A stretch of DNA of 64,000 nucleotides from a virus. The stretch's first letter is position 1. Each line of letters opens with the position of its first letter. The position numbers and the translations under genes were made by a program. Positions 18,299 to 28,428 of this stretch are shown piece after piece. Location of the stretch: positions 219,296 through 283,295 of the IMG/VR virus record IMGVR_UViG_3300036781_000418. One strand, 5' to 3'. Under the pieces are notes generated by a model. It was not told where the DNA came from. It did no database searches and was given only the letters and a program-made list of their open reading frames with translations.

Positions 18299-19372
18299 TC
18301 AGTCCTCGAACTGATCCATGTAATCCAACCAACGACGACGTGAACGATCCAAGTAGCGGAGCAGCGTTTGACGCGTGTTCTGCACGAAGAACGTTGGGTT
18401 GGCACGCACCATCGACAGAACCTTCGTGATGTCATGGACGTCAGTAGGGTCAGCGTAGATTGGGTACGACCAGTCGATCTCAGCCGAGGTGACGAGTGGC
18501 CGACCGACGAAGGTCGCGTCCGCGGCCACGATGTTGAACGTCTCGCTGAACGAGACCTGCATCAGAATGTCGATGCCCGCCATCGTCGTCAGGAAGTCCT
18601 CGTGGCTCTGCCACTCGTGAGTCACCAACGTGAACTGGTCCGACGGCAGGACCGCGAACAGGTCATGGATGTTCTTGAACGGCGGTGCGCCACCCTGGTC
18701 GATCCGCGTGTTGACGTGGAAGCGCAGCTTTTGTCCAGTCTGCTTCACCAGCCTGATCGCGGCCATGGCCTGCTGCAGGTGGTTCTTCATTGGGCGCATG
18801 GCGCCGAAGCAGGCGATGTCAAGCGTGTCCTGCTGTGTGTAGTTGTGCGGGTGGCTTGGCAGCGGTTCAAAGTTCGTTGGGTAGTAGTTCATGAGCAGCG
18901 GAAGCAGCTCGTCGAGCTCATCGTCCGTGTAGCCCATCAACGACGCGCACAGCTTGATGTCCTCACGGATGCGTTCGGAGTTGCACGCAACCGTAACACC
19001 AGCCGCGAGGTACCCGAAGATGCGCTCCATCGCTGGACCTTCGGTCGCGATGAACGGCACGTCACTGTGAACCCGCACAACCCACTTACGACCAGCGTGG
19101 CGTGGAAGCGCCATCAGCTCGGTGAACTTCGATGGGAGCACCCAGATGCCTTCAATGAAGACAACCTTCGGGTTGTACGCTACGACCGTCGCGTCAATGG
19201 TGTTACCGTCGATCGTGATGACCACGTCGCTGGTGACCTCTTCCGCGTTTAGCATGTCACTCACGAACTTAGCGGAGTTGTACATCCCGGTTGCGATTTG
19301 ATTTGAACCCGAGTATGAGGGATCAGAAAGATAATCTGCTCGGCGCTTAAGGAGGAAGAGTGCGGTGGTCAT
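18299..19372 (-). CDS. hypothetical protein (357 aa), lone minus-strand gene
   Basis: long minus ORF with protein-like composition; stop abuts tRNA-Arg 3' end; no diagnostic motif. Confidence 0.5.
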   Translation of the reverse strand: MTTALFLLKRRADYLSDPSYSGSNQIATGMYNSAKFVSDMLNAEEVTSDVVITIDGNTIDATVVAYNPKVVFIEGIWVLPSKFTELMALPRHAGRKWVVRVHSDVPFIATEGPAMERIFGYLAAGVTVACNSERIREDIKLCASLMGYTDDELDELLPLLMNYYPTNFEPLPSHPHNYTQQDTLDIACFGAMRPMKNHLQQAMAAIRLVKQTGQKLRFHVNTRIDQGGAPPFKNIHDLFAVLPSDQFTLVTHEWQSHEDFLTTMAGIDILMQVSFSETFNIVAADATFVGRPLVTSAEIDWSYPIYADPTDVHDITKVLSMVRANPTFFVQNTRQTLLRYLDRSRRRWLDYMDQFED

Positions 19373-19465
19373 GAACTTTGCTGCTGTTGGTCCTTCTATT
19401 TATCGAAGTGCGCCGTAAAACGGTGCTACAATGACCTTCCCTTCTCAACTTTACGGAGCACCATC

Positions 19466-20389
19466 GTGGAGCTTTTCGGAATCATGTTTAACGGCTTGGC
19501 CATGCTGTGCTTGGTGGTCATCAGCCTCTTCATCTTCGCGGGGATCTGGCTTGATCGTCGCGGAACATGGTGGGCATGGAAATGGGCGGGTACGGCCGCA
19601 CTGTTCGCCTACGTCTACTACATCAGCAACCTCCCGTACAACTTCGACGCCGTCCTTGGTGTGTTGACCTCCGCCGCCTTCTGGAAACCAGTCGGTACGT
19701 TCATCGGCGTCGGGCTGCTGTACACCGTCGTTGAGTTCCTCGCTGGCAACTACCGCATGGCCCGCAAGATCGCCGCGCTGTGGCAGTCCTTCCTCTCGAG
19801 CCGTCTGTCGTTGCGGTTGCCTGGTCAGCAACACTCGTCCACTGACCTGTCGTTCCTGCAGTTCGCCGACCCGTCGTACGCCGCCAAGGCCGCCGCGGTC
19901 GACGCTGACCTTGCCACGACCAAGTCGCTGATCGCGAAGTTGGGCAAGCAAGTCTACGTACCGCTCGCCGAACTGGGTGGTGAGAACGCGCAAGCCAGCG
20001 AAGAGTTGGCCGGCCTCATCACCAAGTACGGTTGGAACTACAGCTACGTGGGCCGCCTTGATGAGGGTCACTACGTTGGTGACTACAACGACCAGCTCAA
20101 GGAACGCCTGGGCGACTTCGTCGGCAGCGTGCGCTTCTACGCGGACTACATCGACTTGAACATCGTGACGTCCTCCGCGCCACCGACCCTCGAACCGTCC
20201 GTGAACAAGCTGCGCCTCGGCAAGTCCATCTGCGCCTGGGCCCTGCTGTGGCCGTTCTACGCGATCCACCTGCTGCTGGGTGACCTGCTGCAACACGTCG
20301 CCGACGCCCTCGCCTCCCTGTTCGCCAAGTTCGGCAGCCGCTTCGTGAAGCTCGCCTTCGCCGGCGTCTTCGACATGAAGACCAGCTGA
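19466..20389 (+). CDS. membrane protein (307 aa)
   Basis: ORF track; N-terminal TM helices. Confidence 0.5.
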   Translation: MELFGIMFNGLAMLCLVVISLFIFAGIWLDRRGTWWAWKWAGTAALFAYVYYISNLPYNFDAVLGVLTSAAFWKPVGTFIGVGLLYTVVEFLAGNYRMARKIAALWQSFLSSRLSLRLPGQQHSSTDLSFLQFADPSYAAKAAAVDADLATTKSLIAKLGKQVYVPLAELGGENAQASEELAGLITKYGWNYSYVGRLDEGHYVGDYNDQLKERLGDFVGSVRFYADYIDLNIVTSSAPPTLEPSVNKLRLGKSICAWALLWPFYAIHLLLGDLLQHVADALASLFAKFGSRFVKLAFAGVFDMKTS

Positions 20390-20407
20390 TCACCAACGCT
20401 GTAACCT

Positions 20408-20434
20408 AAATAGGGAGGCGTTGCCTCCCTATTT
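20408..20434 (+). promoter_or_regulatory. conserved hairpin AAATAGGGAGGC-loop-GCCTCCCTATTT containing the TAAATAG box, 5 nt before ATG
   Basis: 12-bp perfect stem; second copy at 33591-33617. Confidence 0.5.
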
Positions 20435-20439
20435 CCATT

Positions 20440-21507
20440 ATGACCGCTCTCAAAACCTTCGAGCCAAACACCCTTGGTCGTGACATTGTCCTTGGTGACA
20501 TGCACGGCAAGCTTGGGCTCGTGCAGAAGGTGCTGACCCACCTGAACTACGATCCACAAGTTGACCGTCTCTTCTCGGTTGGTGACCTTGTTGACCGTGG
20601 CGAGGACAACCTCGGCTGCCTACGACTCCTGCGTCAGGGCCTGAACGCCGTACAGTCCAACCATGGCGAGTTCATGTCCCACGCCTACTTCGGTCCGAAC
20701 GACTCGACGTTGGCGATGAACTGGCCCAGCAACGGCGGCATGTGGGCGATCGACCAATGGGTTGAGTGGCACGACTTTCTGCACACCAACAAGCACATGA
20801 GTCAAGAGGCGGCCGAGTTGGCCGAACTTGCTGAGCTCCAACGTGAGCTGCCCGTGCTGATCACCATCAACCACCGCAACGGCAAGAAGTACCACATCGT
20901 CCACGCGGAGTTGCCGTACCTTCGGATGTACGAGCCGATCACGGACCGTCAGCTGTCTGACCCTGCCAAGGTACAGTTCATGTCGGATCGAAAGTATGAC
21001 CGGTACAACCTTGAGCGCTGCTTCCTTTGGCTGCGTGACATGTTCGGCTCGTTCCATGAGGCGGACATGTCGAACGAAGCCGTCTTTAAGCGGCGAGTTG
21101 CGGGAATGGCCCACCACTCGCACATCAACATGCGTGAAATCTTCACGGACCAGCTGAGCCACGTAATCTCAGGCCACACGCCAGTACACCGCCCGTTCAC
21201 CATGGTGGGCCAGACGAACATCGACACGGGCTCCTATAAGGAGTTTAAGTACAAGTGGGCCGGTGTCACCGCGTTGGTCCTAGACGACTGGACCTTCTGG
21301 AAGGCTCGATCCGAAGGTGTCGAGCAGGTTCAGCCGATGACTATGACCTTTGAGGACTTTGAAAGCTATGGACAGAACAATGACGTTCAAGTGCTCCCCG
21401 GAACAGGAGGAGTACATCATGGATCACCTACAACGGGGGACGAAGGACGTCCTGATCCATCACTCGGAACGGACGTGGATTGCGAACCACGTACACAAGA
21501 AGGTTGA
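20440..21507 (+). CDS. Ser/Thr protein phosphatase (PPP/lambda-phosphatase-like)
   Basis: GDMHG, GDLVDRGEDN, SNHGEF motifs. Confidence 0.7.
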   Translation: MTALKTFEPNTLGRDIVLGDMHGKLGLVQKVLTHLNYDPQVDRLFSVGDLVDRGEDNLGCLRLLRQGLNAVQSNHGEFMSHAYFGPNDSTLAMNWPSNGGMWAIDQWVEWHDFLHTNKHMSQEAAELAELAELQRELPVLITINHRNGKKYHIVHAELPYLRMYEPITDRQLSDPAKVQFMSDRKYDRYNLERCFLWLRDMFGSFHEADMSNEAVFKRRVAGMAHHSHINMREIFTDQLSHVISGHTPVHRPFTMVGQTNIDTGSYKEFKYKWAGVTALVLDDWTFWKARSEGVEQVQPMTMTFEDFESYGQNNDVQVLPGTGGVHHGSPTTGDEGRPDPSLGTDVDCEPRTQEG

Positions 21508-21604
21508 AGGTGCCTGTTCCATCAAGGGCGCTGACCTTGACATCACCACGGGAGCATGGACCGTAACCGTTCATACACCCGATAATACTCGCGCCGAACT
21601 GTAG
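21350..21604 (+). CDS. hypothetical protein; start uncertain (overlaps phosphatase 3' end)
   Basis: ORF track only. Confidence 0.3.
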   Translation: MRTLKAMDRTMTFKCSPEQEEYIMDHLQRGTKDVLIHHSERTWIANHVHKKVEGACSIKGADLDITTGAWTVTVHTPDNTRAEL

Positions 21605-21626
21605 GCCGTCGACTTAAAATGGTGAC

Positions 21627-21773
21627 ATGAAACTTGTAGTCAAACAACCGAAGCAGCGCAATAAGCGGCTTCACGAGGTGTTGGGACGATGCAAGAGCGG
21701 TAAGATGAAGGATCGTCGACGGCTCGCTAAGAACCAGGACGATCGCAACTGGAAGAAGTATGACTGCGAATGA
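21627..21773 (+). CDS. small basic protein (48 aa)
   Basis: ATG 5 nt after the TTAAAATGG box; not in >=60 aa track. Confidence 0.3.
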   Translation: MKLVVKQPKQRNKRLHEVLGRCKSGKMKDRRRLAKNQDDRNWKKYDCE

Positions 21774-22242
21774 CCTAGACGATTTGGACGTGCTGATCAC
21801 ACGGGCATTGCTCAACGAGCGCATCAACGTCTTCGGTGAAGATGCCGGTGGTCGCAACTACTACCAACCCTTCTTCTCGACGGTGGCCTTGGTTGACACC
21901 ATCTTTGGCGCAAAACGGTTTGAGCGCTCTTTTCAAGTGTCCACCATCGTCACCTACGCCATTGAGTTCCTGCTGGTGACGTCAACGATCGGTGAACTCT
22001 ACGATTCATTGGGCATGCGTCGTGAAGAGCAAGGCATGGACGAGCCAGTCGTCGACACCGTGAACAAGCTGAACAACGCCAAGTTGATCGGCGACCGCAA
22101 CCTCGAGCTTGGCCTGCGCGCCGCCTTCCAAGGTGTCGGTATTCCGGACGTTGCCTGGACGCTGCCGAACAAAACCATCAAGGGTGCTGACGGCAACGAA
22201 CGCACCCAGATCATCTTCTTCCTCGACAAAATTCCGATGTAG
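21760..22242 (+). CDS. hypothetical protein (160 aa)
   Basis: ORF track. Confidence 0.5.
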   Translation: MTANDLDDLDVLITRALLNERINVFGEDAGGRNYYQPFFSTVALVDTIFGAKRFERSFQVSTIVTYAIEFLLVTSTIGELYDSLGMRREEQGMDEPVVDTVNKLNNAKLIGDRNLELGLRAAFQGVGIPDVAWTLPNKTIKGADGNERTQIIFFLDKIPM

Positions 22243-22250
22243 GTGACCCT

Positions 22251-22427
22251 ATGCGCTGGCGCTGGTTTATTCGACTCCTTGAATATCTGCACCTTCGGTG
22301 CCGTCATGAAGACGTGTTCATCGAGACGATCCATGAACAGAGCCTGCGCGGTGGCTACGCCCATTGGTCCAACGTCTTCAAGTGCCAGAAGTGCGGCCGA
22401 TTCAGCACTCACGAACTCGACCTTTAG
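22251..22427 (+). CDS. small zinc-ribbon-like protein (58 aa)
   Basis: CQKCGRF motif; fills the gap before cca. Confidence 0.35.
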   Translation: MRWRWFIRLLEYLHLRCRHEDVFIETIHEQSLRGGYAHWSNVFKCQKCGRFSTHELDL

Positions 22428-22436
22428 GAGAACCAC

Positions 22437-23540
22437 ATGGAACGATACCTGGTCGGCGGTGCAGTCCGCGACGCGCTGATGAACGTGACACCAAAAGACC
22501 GTGACTGGGTCCTTGTCGGCGCTACGCAGCAGGACATTGACGACATGGTCAAGGAAGGGTACCAGTGGGTTGGTGCCGACTTCCCCGTGCTGATCCACCC
22601 AAAAACGAAAGAGGAGCACGCCCTCGCCCGAGTCGAACGTAAAGTCGGCCATGGCTACAACGGCTTTGAGGTGGACACGGAGGGCGTCACCCTCGAGCAG
22701 GACCTGGCACGTCGCGACCTGACCATCAACGCGATGGCTTGGGACACGAGCCCATCGATGGTGTACGAAGACGACATCATCGACCCGTACGGCGGTCGCA
22801 ATGACATCAAGCACAAGATCATCCGTCACACGACGATGGCCTTCGTTGAAGATCCGCTCCGAGCCCTGCGTGTCGCGCGCTTCGCCGCCCGCCTCAGCTT
22901 CAGCGTCCACCCCACCACACACGACCTCATCAAGCACATGGGAACGTCCGGTGAACTGGAACACCTGACCGACGAACGTGTCTGGGCCGAGGTGAAGAAG
23001 GGCCTAAGCGGTCCGCACCCCACCGTCTTCATGTACCAGCTCTACAACCTCGGCATCATCAAGCACTGCGCAGTACTGCGTGAGGTCTTTCCATGGACCT
23101 ACGAGTTCGTCGCCTACGGCGTGACGAAGTACCTGCGCATGGTCAAGGAGGAAGATCGCTTCGAACTGGGCCTGGCCTGCATGATGGCGTGTGGTGACGT
23201 TGAAAAGATCAAGGCCATTCCGTCCAGGACGAAGAAGGTCTACAACAACATCGGCTACCTGAACGAGATCCATGACTGGTCAAACGTGGCGGCCGACAAG
23301 TTGGTGACGGTCATCACGAAGATCGGCGGCCTACGTGAAGGCACGATGTTTGACGACATCGTCACCTGCCTCCAGCTGACGAAGCCAACGCAGATCGAGA
23401 TCATCGACATCTTGACGGCCAGCCGCATGGTGATGCAGCAAGTTCGAGCCGACCAGTTCCCAGACCTTGAAGGCCAAGCGCTCGGGGCCGCGATGATCCA
23501 AGAACGTGCGAAGCGCGTTGCTGAGCTGTTGTTACAATAA
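22437..23540 (+). CDS. cca: tRNA nucleotidyltransferase (CCA-adding enzyme, class II)
   Basis: [11 protein letters not shown] (GGxVRD), [26 protein letters not shown]. Confidence 0.8.
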   Translation: MERYLVGGAVRDALMNVTPKDRDWVLVGATQQDIDDMVKEGYQWVGADFPVLIHPKTKEEHALARVERKVGHGYNGFEVDTEGVTLEQDLARRDLTINAMAWDTSPSMVYEDDIIDPYGGRNDIKHKIIRHTTMAFVEDPLRALRVARFAARLSFSVHPTTHDLIKHMGTSGELEHLTDERVWAEVKKGLSGPHPTVFMYQLYNLGIIKHCAVLREVFPWTYEFVAYGVTKYLRMVKEEDRFELGLACMMACGDVEKIKAIPSRTKKVYNNIGYLNEIHDWSNVAADKLVTVITKIGGLREGTMFDDIVTCLQLTKPTQIEIIDILTASRMVMQQVRADQFPDLEGQALGAAMIQERAKRVAELLLQ

Positions 23541-23567
23541 CAACATCGACCACCTACAAGGAAAGCA

Positions 23568-23816
23568 ATGTCCCGCAACAGCAAAGGTTACCGCACCGTC
23601 GCTCGCCGCAAGGCCAACACACTGGCCCGTAAGAACGGCAACCCAGGACCGGCAAAGACGATGCCGCAGCACGGCAAGCGCTGGACCTACCGCCACAACC
23701 CCGAAGTCGCGAAGCGCGTCGCGGAAATGATCAAGGCGACGGCGGTCGCCGATCGCCAAGCCAAGACCTCCGGCAAGGCGCTCCTCGCCAAGGCCGGTGG
23801 CGCATCGAAGGAGTAA
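23568..23816 (+). CDS. basic hypothetical protein (82 aa)
   Basis: ORF track. Confidence 0.5.
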   Translation: MSRNSKGYRTVARRKANTLARKNGNPGPAKTMPQHGKRWTYRHNPEVAKRVAEMIKATAVADRQAKTSGKALLAKAGGASKE

Positions 23817-23819
23817 TCC

Positions 23820-24320
23820 ATGGAAGCCAAGGTCATCGACTCGAAGACGCTTCGACGTCTTGTGTACTACTACGGGCCATGGCACGAGTACCGTGACACG
23901 GTGTGGAGCGACGAAGAGCACACGTGGGTCGCAACGGGCACCAAGTACACTCGTGACACCGACATCTGCGACCTCTTCGGCGCGATCTGCAAGGCCTTGC
24001 TGAACATCAGCATGTTGATGCTCATGCTTTCCGTCGCGGCCTTCGTACTCGGTGACCTTGGTGCTTGGGTTCTGGCTGCCGTTCAAGCACACCACTGGAT
24101 CGAAGTAGGTCCAGGCTTCGTGGTGGTCTCTGTCATGTTGGCGATGATCGCGTTTCTTGCCGTCATCATGGGCATCTACTACGGCGGCAACTGGCTGATT
24201 AAGAAGATTGACGAACGTCGTGGCCGTAAGGCCGTGGCGTCAGGTGTCAACTACATGACGATCGGCGACGCCTGGAAAGCATGGCGCGAGAAGTACTGCT
24301 TCAAGTTGGAGATCCGCTGA
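23820..24320 (+). CDS. membrane protein (166 aa)
   Basis: ORF track; TM helices. Confidence 0.5.
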   Translation: MEAKVIDSKTLRRLVYYYGPWHEYRDTVWSDEEHTWVATGTKYTRDTDICDLFGAICKALLNISMLMLMLSVAAFVLGDLGAWVLAAVQAHHWIEVGPGFVVVSVMLAMIAFLAVIMGIYYGGNWLIKKIDERRGRKAVASGVNYMTIGDAWKAWREKYCFKLEIR

Positions 24321-24709
24321 TGTTCGCCGTCCTCACCCTGTTGACGCTGCTGCAGCTCAAGCACTTCATCATCGACTTTCCAATGCAGGGTCCGTTCCAG
24401 TACTTGAACAAGGGAACGTACGGTCACCCAGGCGGCCTGCTCCACGCGCTCAACCACGGCATCGGCACCCTGTTGGCGCTGTGCGGTCTCAGTCTCTTCG
24501 GAGTTCACGTCGCGCTGGTGACGGTGGTGTGGTTGTTCCTGTTCGACATGGTGATTCACTACCACATCGACTGGGCCAAGATGAGCCTCAACAAGAAGCT
24601 TGGCTGGGGACCGACGACGCATGAAGAGTTCTGGTGGCTCCTTGGTCTTGACCAGCTCCTCCACCAACTGACCTACCTCCTGATCGTTTACCTGGCACTT
24701 GCACCATGA
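24320..24709 (+). CDS. membrane protein (129 aa)
   Basis: ATGA overlap; TM helices. Confidence 0.5.
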   Translation: MFAVLTLLTLLQLKHFIIDFPMQGPFQYLNKGTYGHPGGLLHALNHGIGTLLALCGLSLFGVHVALVTVVWLFLFDMVIHYHIDWAKMSLNKKLGWGPTTHEEFWWLLGLDQLLHQLTYLLIVYLALAP

Positions 24710-25209
24710 GCATTCCAAAGAAGTGTGACTTGAACTTCTTCATCGACTCGGACGGCGTCGTCGCTGACTTCGTCACGACGAAGCTGAAGTTGGGCATGAC
24801 GTCTGAACAGTTCAAGCACGAGCCCGGCGCCTACACGTACCTTGGCTTCATGCCCGGCGCTGAAGACGCACTGACACGGTTGAAGATGTACGACGACGCG
24901 AACATCGCCCGTGTTTGGATCGCCACCAAGACACCGGCTGGCGCACCGTACGCATACTCCGAGAAGGCGCTCTGGTACCGTTGGAACGCGCCATGGCTTG
25001 AGGACCGCGTGATTCTCATCCATGACAAGTCGCTGCTTGGTACGGAGAACGACGTGCTCGTCGACGACCGCGCCCACAAGGGCGGTTGTGAGCACTTCCG
25101 CGGCACGTTCATCAACTTCGGTTCGGATCAGTACCCCAACTGGTCAGTGGTTCTCCAGAAGCTGGAGGACATCATCATTCAACGTCAACAGGCAAAGGAT
25201 CAACCATGA
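24706..25209 (+). CDS. 5'(3')-deoxyribonucleotidase-like HAD hydrolase
   Basis: motif FFIDSDGVVADF (DxDGVxADF). Confidence 0.55.
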   Translation: MSIPKKCDLNFFIDSDGVVADFVTTKLKLGMTSEQFKHEPGAYTYLGFMPGAEDALTRLKMYDDANIARVWIATKTPAGAPYAYSEKALWYRWNAPWLEDRVILIHDKSLLGTENDVLVDDRAHKGGCEHFRGTFINFGSDQYPNWSVVLQKLEDIIIQRQQAKDQP

Positions 25210-25478
25210 GTGCTGAACATGAACGTGTCGTCGCGATCAACGAAGCGGTCGACAACCTCGTCAACTACCTGCAATCGTTGCCCAAGGAACAGTACGCCAA
25301 GGCGATGGTGCTCCAGAACCGCATCTGGGCGGCCATGAACGAAGCCGGTGACGATCCGCAACAGCGCCTCGTCCACTTCATGAAGGTCTTCGCTCAGGTG
25401 ACCGCCGAGCAGGCCAACCTGATGGTCGCGGCCGTCTGCAAGTACGTGGGCGACGAAGTTCCGAAAGCGCCGACTTGA
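25206..25478 (+). CDS. hypothetical protein (90 aa)
   Basis: ORF track; ATGA overlap. Confidence 0.5.
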   Translation: MSAEHERVVAINEAVDNLVNYLQSLPKEQYAKAMVLQNRIWAAMNEAGDDPQQRLVHFMKVFAQVTAEQANLMVAAVCKYVGDEVPKAPT

Positions 25479-25684
25479 CGTCCATTCTCCGCAAGATCGC
25501 GGTCGACCTCCTACACGGTCGACTTCCGCCTTCAGCTTCGGTGGAGTTGAAGGAGGAGCGTCTCAAGCTCTGTGAGGGCTGCGACAACTTCAAACCACTG
25601 GCTCGTCAGTGTGGTCTTTGCGGATGTTTCATGGACATCAAGGCCAAGCTCCTCGAAGCCACCTGTCCAATTGACCTATGGTGA
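25475..25684 (+). CDS. Cys-rich small protein (69 aa)
   Basis: CEGCDNF...CGLCGC. Confidence 0.45.
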   Translation: MTSILRKIAVDLLHGRLPPSASVELKEERLKLCEGCDNFKPLARQCGLCGCFMDIKAKLLEATCPIDLW

Positions 25685-25688
25685 CCCT

Positions 25689-26489
25689 ATGCACGTAAAC
25701 ATGAACACCCCTACCGCCGTGGAAACTCGTTCCGGCCTCTTCATCGACTTGGCTGATCCAGACCCAGCCACCATCCTGACGACCGATATCTTCTGGGCCC
25801 TGTCGCGCCAGCCACGCTTCGGTGGCGCCTCTACCTGCGAGGAGATCTACACGGTCGCCCAGCACTCCGTGCTTGCGGCCCACCTGGTCTACAACCTGCT
25901 CTTCAGCGGCTCCATCTTGGAGGACGCTCCGGTTTACCCCAGTGGTGGTAATACCGTGACCGGCGAGCTGTGGATGCGCTTCCGTCAGTTCGTAATGTAC
26001 AAGGTTGGCGAAGGTCGGGCCGATCACGTTGAGACCATCAAGACGATGGAGCTGTTCACGGCCCTGACTCAGGGCGCCCATGAACCCAAGCTGCGCGTCG
26101 TCTTGGAAGGCCTCCGCCACGACTGGGCCGAAGGTTACCTGATCGACTTGCCCACGCCGGTCAAGCGCTACCAAGGAGTTCGTGCCGCCTACGAGGAGCT
26201 CGAGCAGAAGGTCATGGGCGCGATCAACGCGCGCTACGACCTTGATGTCATCACCCCACACCTGCCGATCATGGACATCATGGTCAAGTGGGCCGACGAC
26301 CAGGCCTTGGCGATCGAGGCCGCGCAGTTCATTCCATCAGGTGGCATCGGCTGGATGGTGTGGTCGAAGCCCCTGCCGCCTGACTTGACCGTGGAGATGG
26401 AGGTCTGGGACGGAGTATGGGACCAGGTTGAAGCTCGCCGCCAGCTGACCGAGCTCAACGGACACCTGATGCGTCAGTACCACGCGTAA
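25689..26489 (+). CDS. hypothetical protein, possible HD-domain hydrolase (YfbR-like)
   Basis: start at MHVNMNT; weak YTVAQHS...H pattern. Confidence 0.45.
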   Translation: MHVNMNTPTAVETRSGLFIDLADPDPATILTTDIFWALSRQPRFGGASTCEEIYTVAQHSVLAAHLVYNLLFSGSILEDAPVYPSGGNTVTGELWMRFRQFVMYKVGEGRADHVETIKTMELFTALTQGAHEPKLRVVLEGLRHDWAEGYLIDLPTPVKRYQGVRAAYEELEQKVMGAINARYDLDVITPHLPIMDIMVKWADDQALAIEAAQFIPSGGIGWMVWSKPLPPDLTVEMEVWDGVWDQVEARRQLTELNGHLMRQYHA

Positions 26490-26647
26490 CCTGACCGACC
26501 TCAACTGACGGCCTCCTCGTGAGGCCGTCATCGTCTGCACCGTACGGCGACACGAGGCGACGACAGGGCCTTCCGAAGCACGGCGACGTAGAGACATACA
26601 CGGCACGTGCCTGTAAATAGCTGATCACCACCGGTACCTTTGAGCAC

Positions 26648-27403
26648 ATGTACAAGAACCTATCCGATCTTCTCAAGGAAGACTTCGACGACACCGTCCA
26701 CAAGGCCTTCGGGACCGTCAACTCCGCCTTCTCTGACGTCTACGGCCGGTTCAAGCGTAAGCAGGACGAAGCTGAGGCCATGGACGCCAAGTCAAAGGCC
26801 GCCGCGGACGCTGAGCAGAAGAAGAACGACAAGGTCAACGCGACCATCTCCGCGGCCGAAGGCGACCAGCACCTGAAGGCCATCATGTACGGTGACCTGT
26901 TCGGTGCACAGACAATGTACGACGAGCATGGTGACTTTGAAGACCCGGCCTGGCACAGCCTGTCGGCCGAGAAGGTGCAGGACCTGCAGAAACTGGCGAA
27001 GAACTTCAAGGCTGACATGACGACCCTCAAGAAACAACTGACCCAGCGCATGGCTAAATCAGACCAGATTAAGGCGTACGAGCGCAGTGAAGTCGCTGGT
27101 TGGATGAACGACCGCACGGTCAACCGAGGCATCCTTAGCCTCCTACAAAACCCAGTCATCAGCGGCATCTTCGCCAACCTCCTTACAAGTCGAAACGTTG
27201 AGACGGCCGTTGATAAAATCTACAACAACTTCGTCGCTGGCATCGTCAAACAAAACAAGCGTGTTAGCTCAAAGATGTCCTCACCGCTATCTGACGAACG
27301 ACTGGTGCGTTTTCAAGGCGCGTTGGTGAATCAAGTTGAGAGCCGTGCCAACCTGTTTGTGGATGCGCTTGAGAAACTTGAGCACGAAACCATCCGTGAG
27401 TAA
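26648..27403 (+). CDS. hypothetical protein (251 aa)
   Basis: ORF track; TAAATAG box 18 nt upstream. Confidence 0.55.
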   Translation: MYKNLSDLLKEDFDDTVHKAFGTVNSAFSDVYGRFKRKQDEAEAMDAKSKAAADAEQKKNDKVNATISAAEGDQHLKAIMYGDLFGAQTMYDEHGDFEDPAWHSLSAEKVQDLQKLAKNFKADMTTLKKQLTQRMAKSDQIKAYERSEVAGWMNDRTVNRGILSLLQNPVISGIFANLLTSRNVETAVDKIYNNFVAGIVKQNKRVSSKMSSPLSDERLVRFQGALVNQVESRANLFVDALEKLEHETIRE

Positions 27404-27432
27404 ATAAGAGTACACCACTTGGAGTCCATCCG

Positions 27433-27753
27433 ATGAAATATGAGAACCTACAGACCCTAGCCGCACTGTTCAAGCCACGCTTGGAAGAGTCCGGGGCTGG
27501 CAAGTCGAACGTTGAGCGATCACTAGGTTCCGTAAATGACGCCCTGGCCATGCTGCATCGACTGCTGAAGCCAGGCGGTCAACTCCAAGACGACCTGAAG
27601 CGTGGTCAGTTCATGCACCTTGACAAGGCCGAAGACGAGCACGGTGAGAACGTCACGCAGCGCCTGGCCTCGATTACCAGCACCTACATCAAGGAAGTTG
27701 AACGCCTGACGACGGAGCTGGAGCTCATGGTTCACTCCAAACCTGACACCTGA
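27433..27753 (+). CDS. hypothetical protein (106 aa)
   Basis: ORF track. Confidence 0.5.
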   Translation: MKYENLQTLAALFKPRLEESGAGKSNVERSLGSVNDALAMLHRLLKPGGQLQDDLKRGQFMHLDKAEDEHGENVTQRLASITSTYIKEVERLTTELELMVHSKPDT

Positions 27754-27807
27754 TCCTCAGTTTCATTGTCTTCGATCTGCCTCATCAGGTACGTCTCAAC
27801 GTAGAAT

Positions 27808-28428
27808 GTGCCTAATGAGGCAGCATCGTTTGGAGAACCTGTGACTAAGATTCTGTACGTGTACGAACATGAGTTGGAGCTTGACGTTGGATTTGAGCTC
27901 CTGAAGCTGGAGCGGTTGGAACGCTACGCGTTCGTCGGTCAGCGCTGTGGATCCCCATCTGGCCGCGCCCTGTTCGCCAGCCTGCGAGACGAGCCGGCGA
28001 TCCGCTGTTTCAACTGCGGCCTGAAGGCCAGCGTTTGGATCGTGGACCGCTCCGCGAACGAGCAGTACCCTAACCGACAGCAGGGCGTCATAAATCGTCG
28101 GATGAACCTCTTCGGCCGGAACGCTGAAGGCGAGCTGGTGATGATGACCCAGGACCACATCATCCCAGTATCCAAGGGTGGTTTCACGGTCCTCGAGAAC
28201 TTGCGTCCCGCGTGTGAGCGCTGTAACTCACGACGTGGGAACACGATGAACGCGAACGATCTAAAATTCATGAAGCAGCACCCACACCTGCACCTTCATG
28301 GTAAGGTCAAGAAAGGCAAGAAGCGGCATGCGCCAAGACATGAACAAGCTCCTGACGGAACGGGAGCGCCAACACTCGCACGCGAAGTACCGTGCAATCC
28401 GTCACACGAAGTACAACTCGCTGCTTAA
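27808..28428 (+). CDS. HNH endonuclease
   Basis: QDHIIPVSKGG...N...CERCNSRRGN; GTG start per track. Confidence 0.6.
   Translation: MPNEAASFGEPVTKILYVYEHELELDVGFELLKLERLERYAFVGQRCGSPSGRALFASLRDEPAIRCFNCGLKASVWIVDRSANEQYPNRQQGVINRRMNLFGRNAEGELVMMTQDHIIPVSKGGFTVLENLRPACERCNSRRGNTMNANDLKFMKQHPHLHLHGKVKKGKKRHAPRHEQAPDGTGAPTLAREVPCNPSHEVQLAA

Noticed and set aside
19451-20296. 281-aa minus-strand ORF
   Set aside because: Antisense to the plus-strand membrane-protein gene; Arg/Gly-rich; no RBS.
21999-22964. 321-aa minus-strand ORF
   Set aside because: Antisense to the CCA-adding-enzyme gene, whose catalytic motifs are unambiguous. Composition is junk-like.
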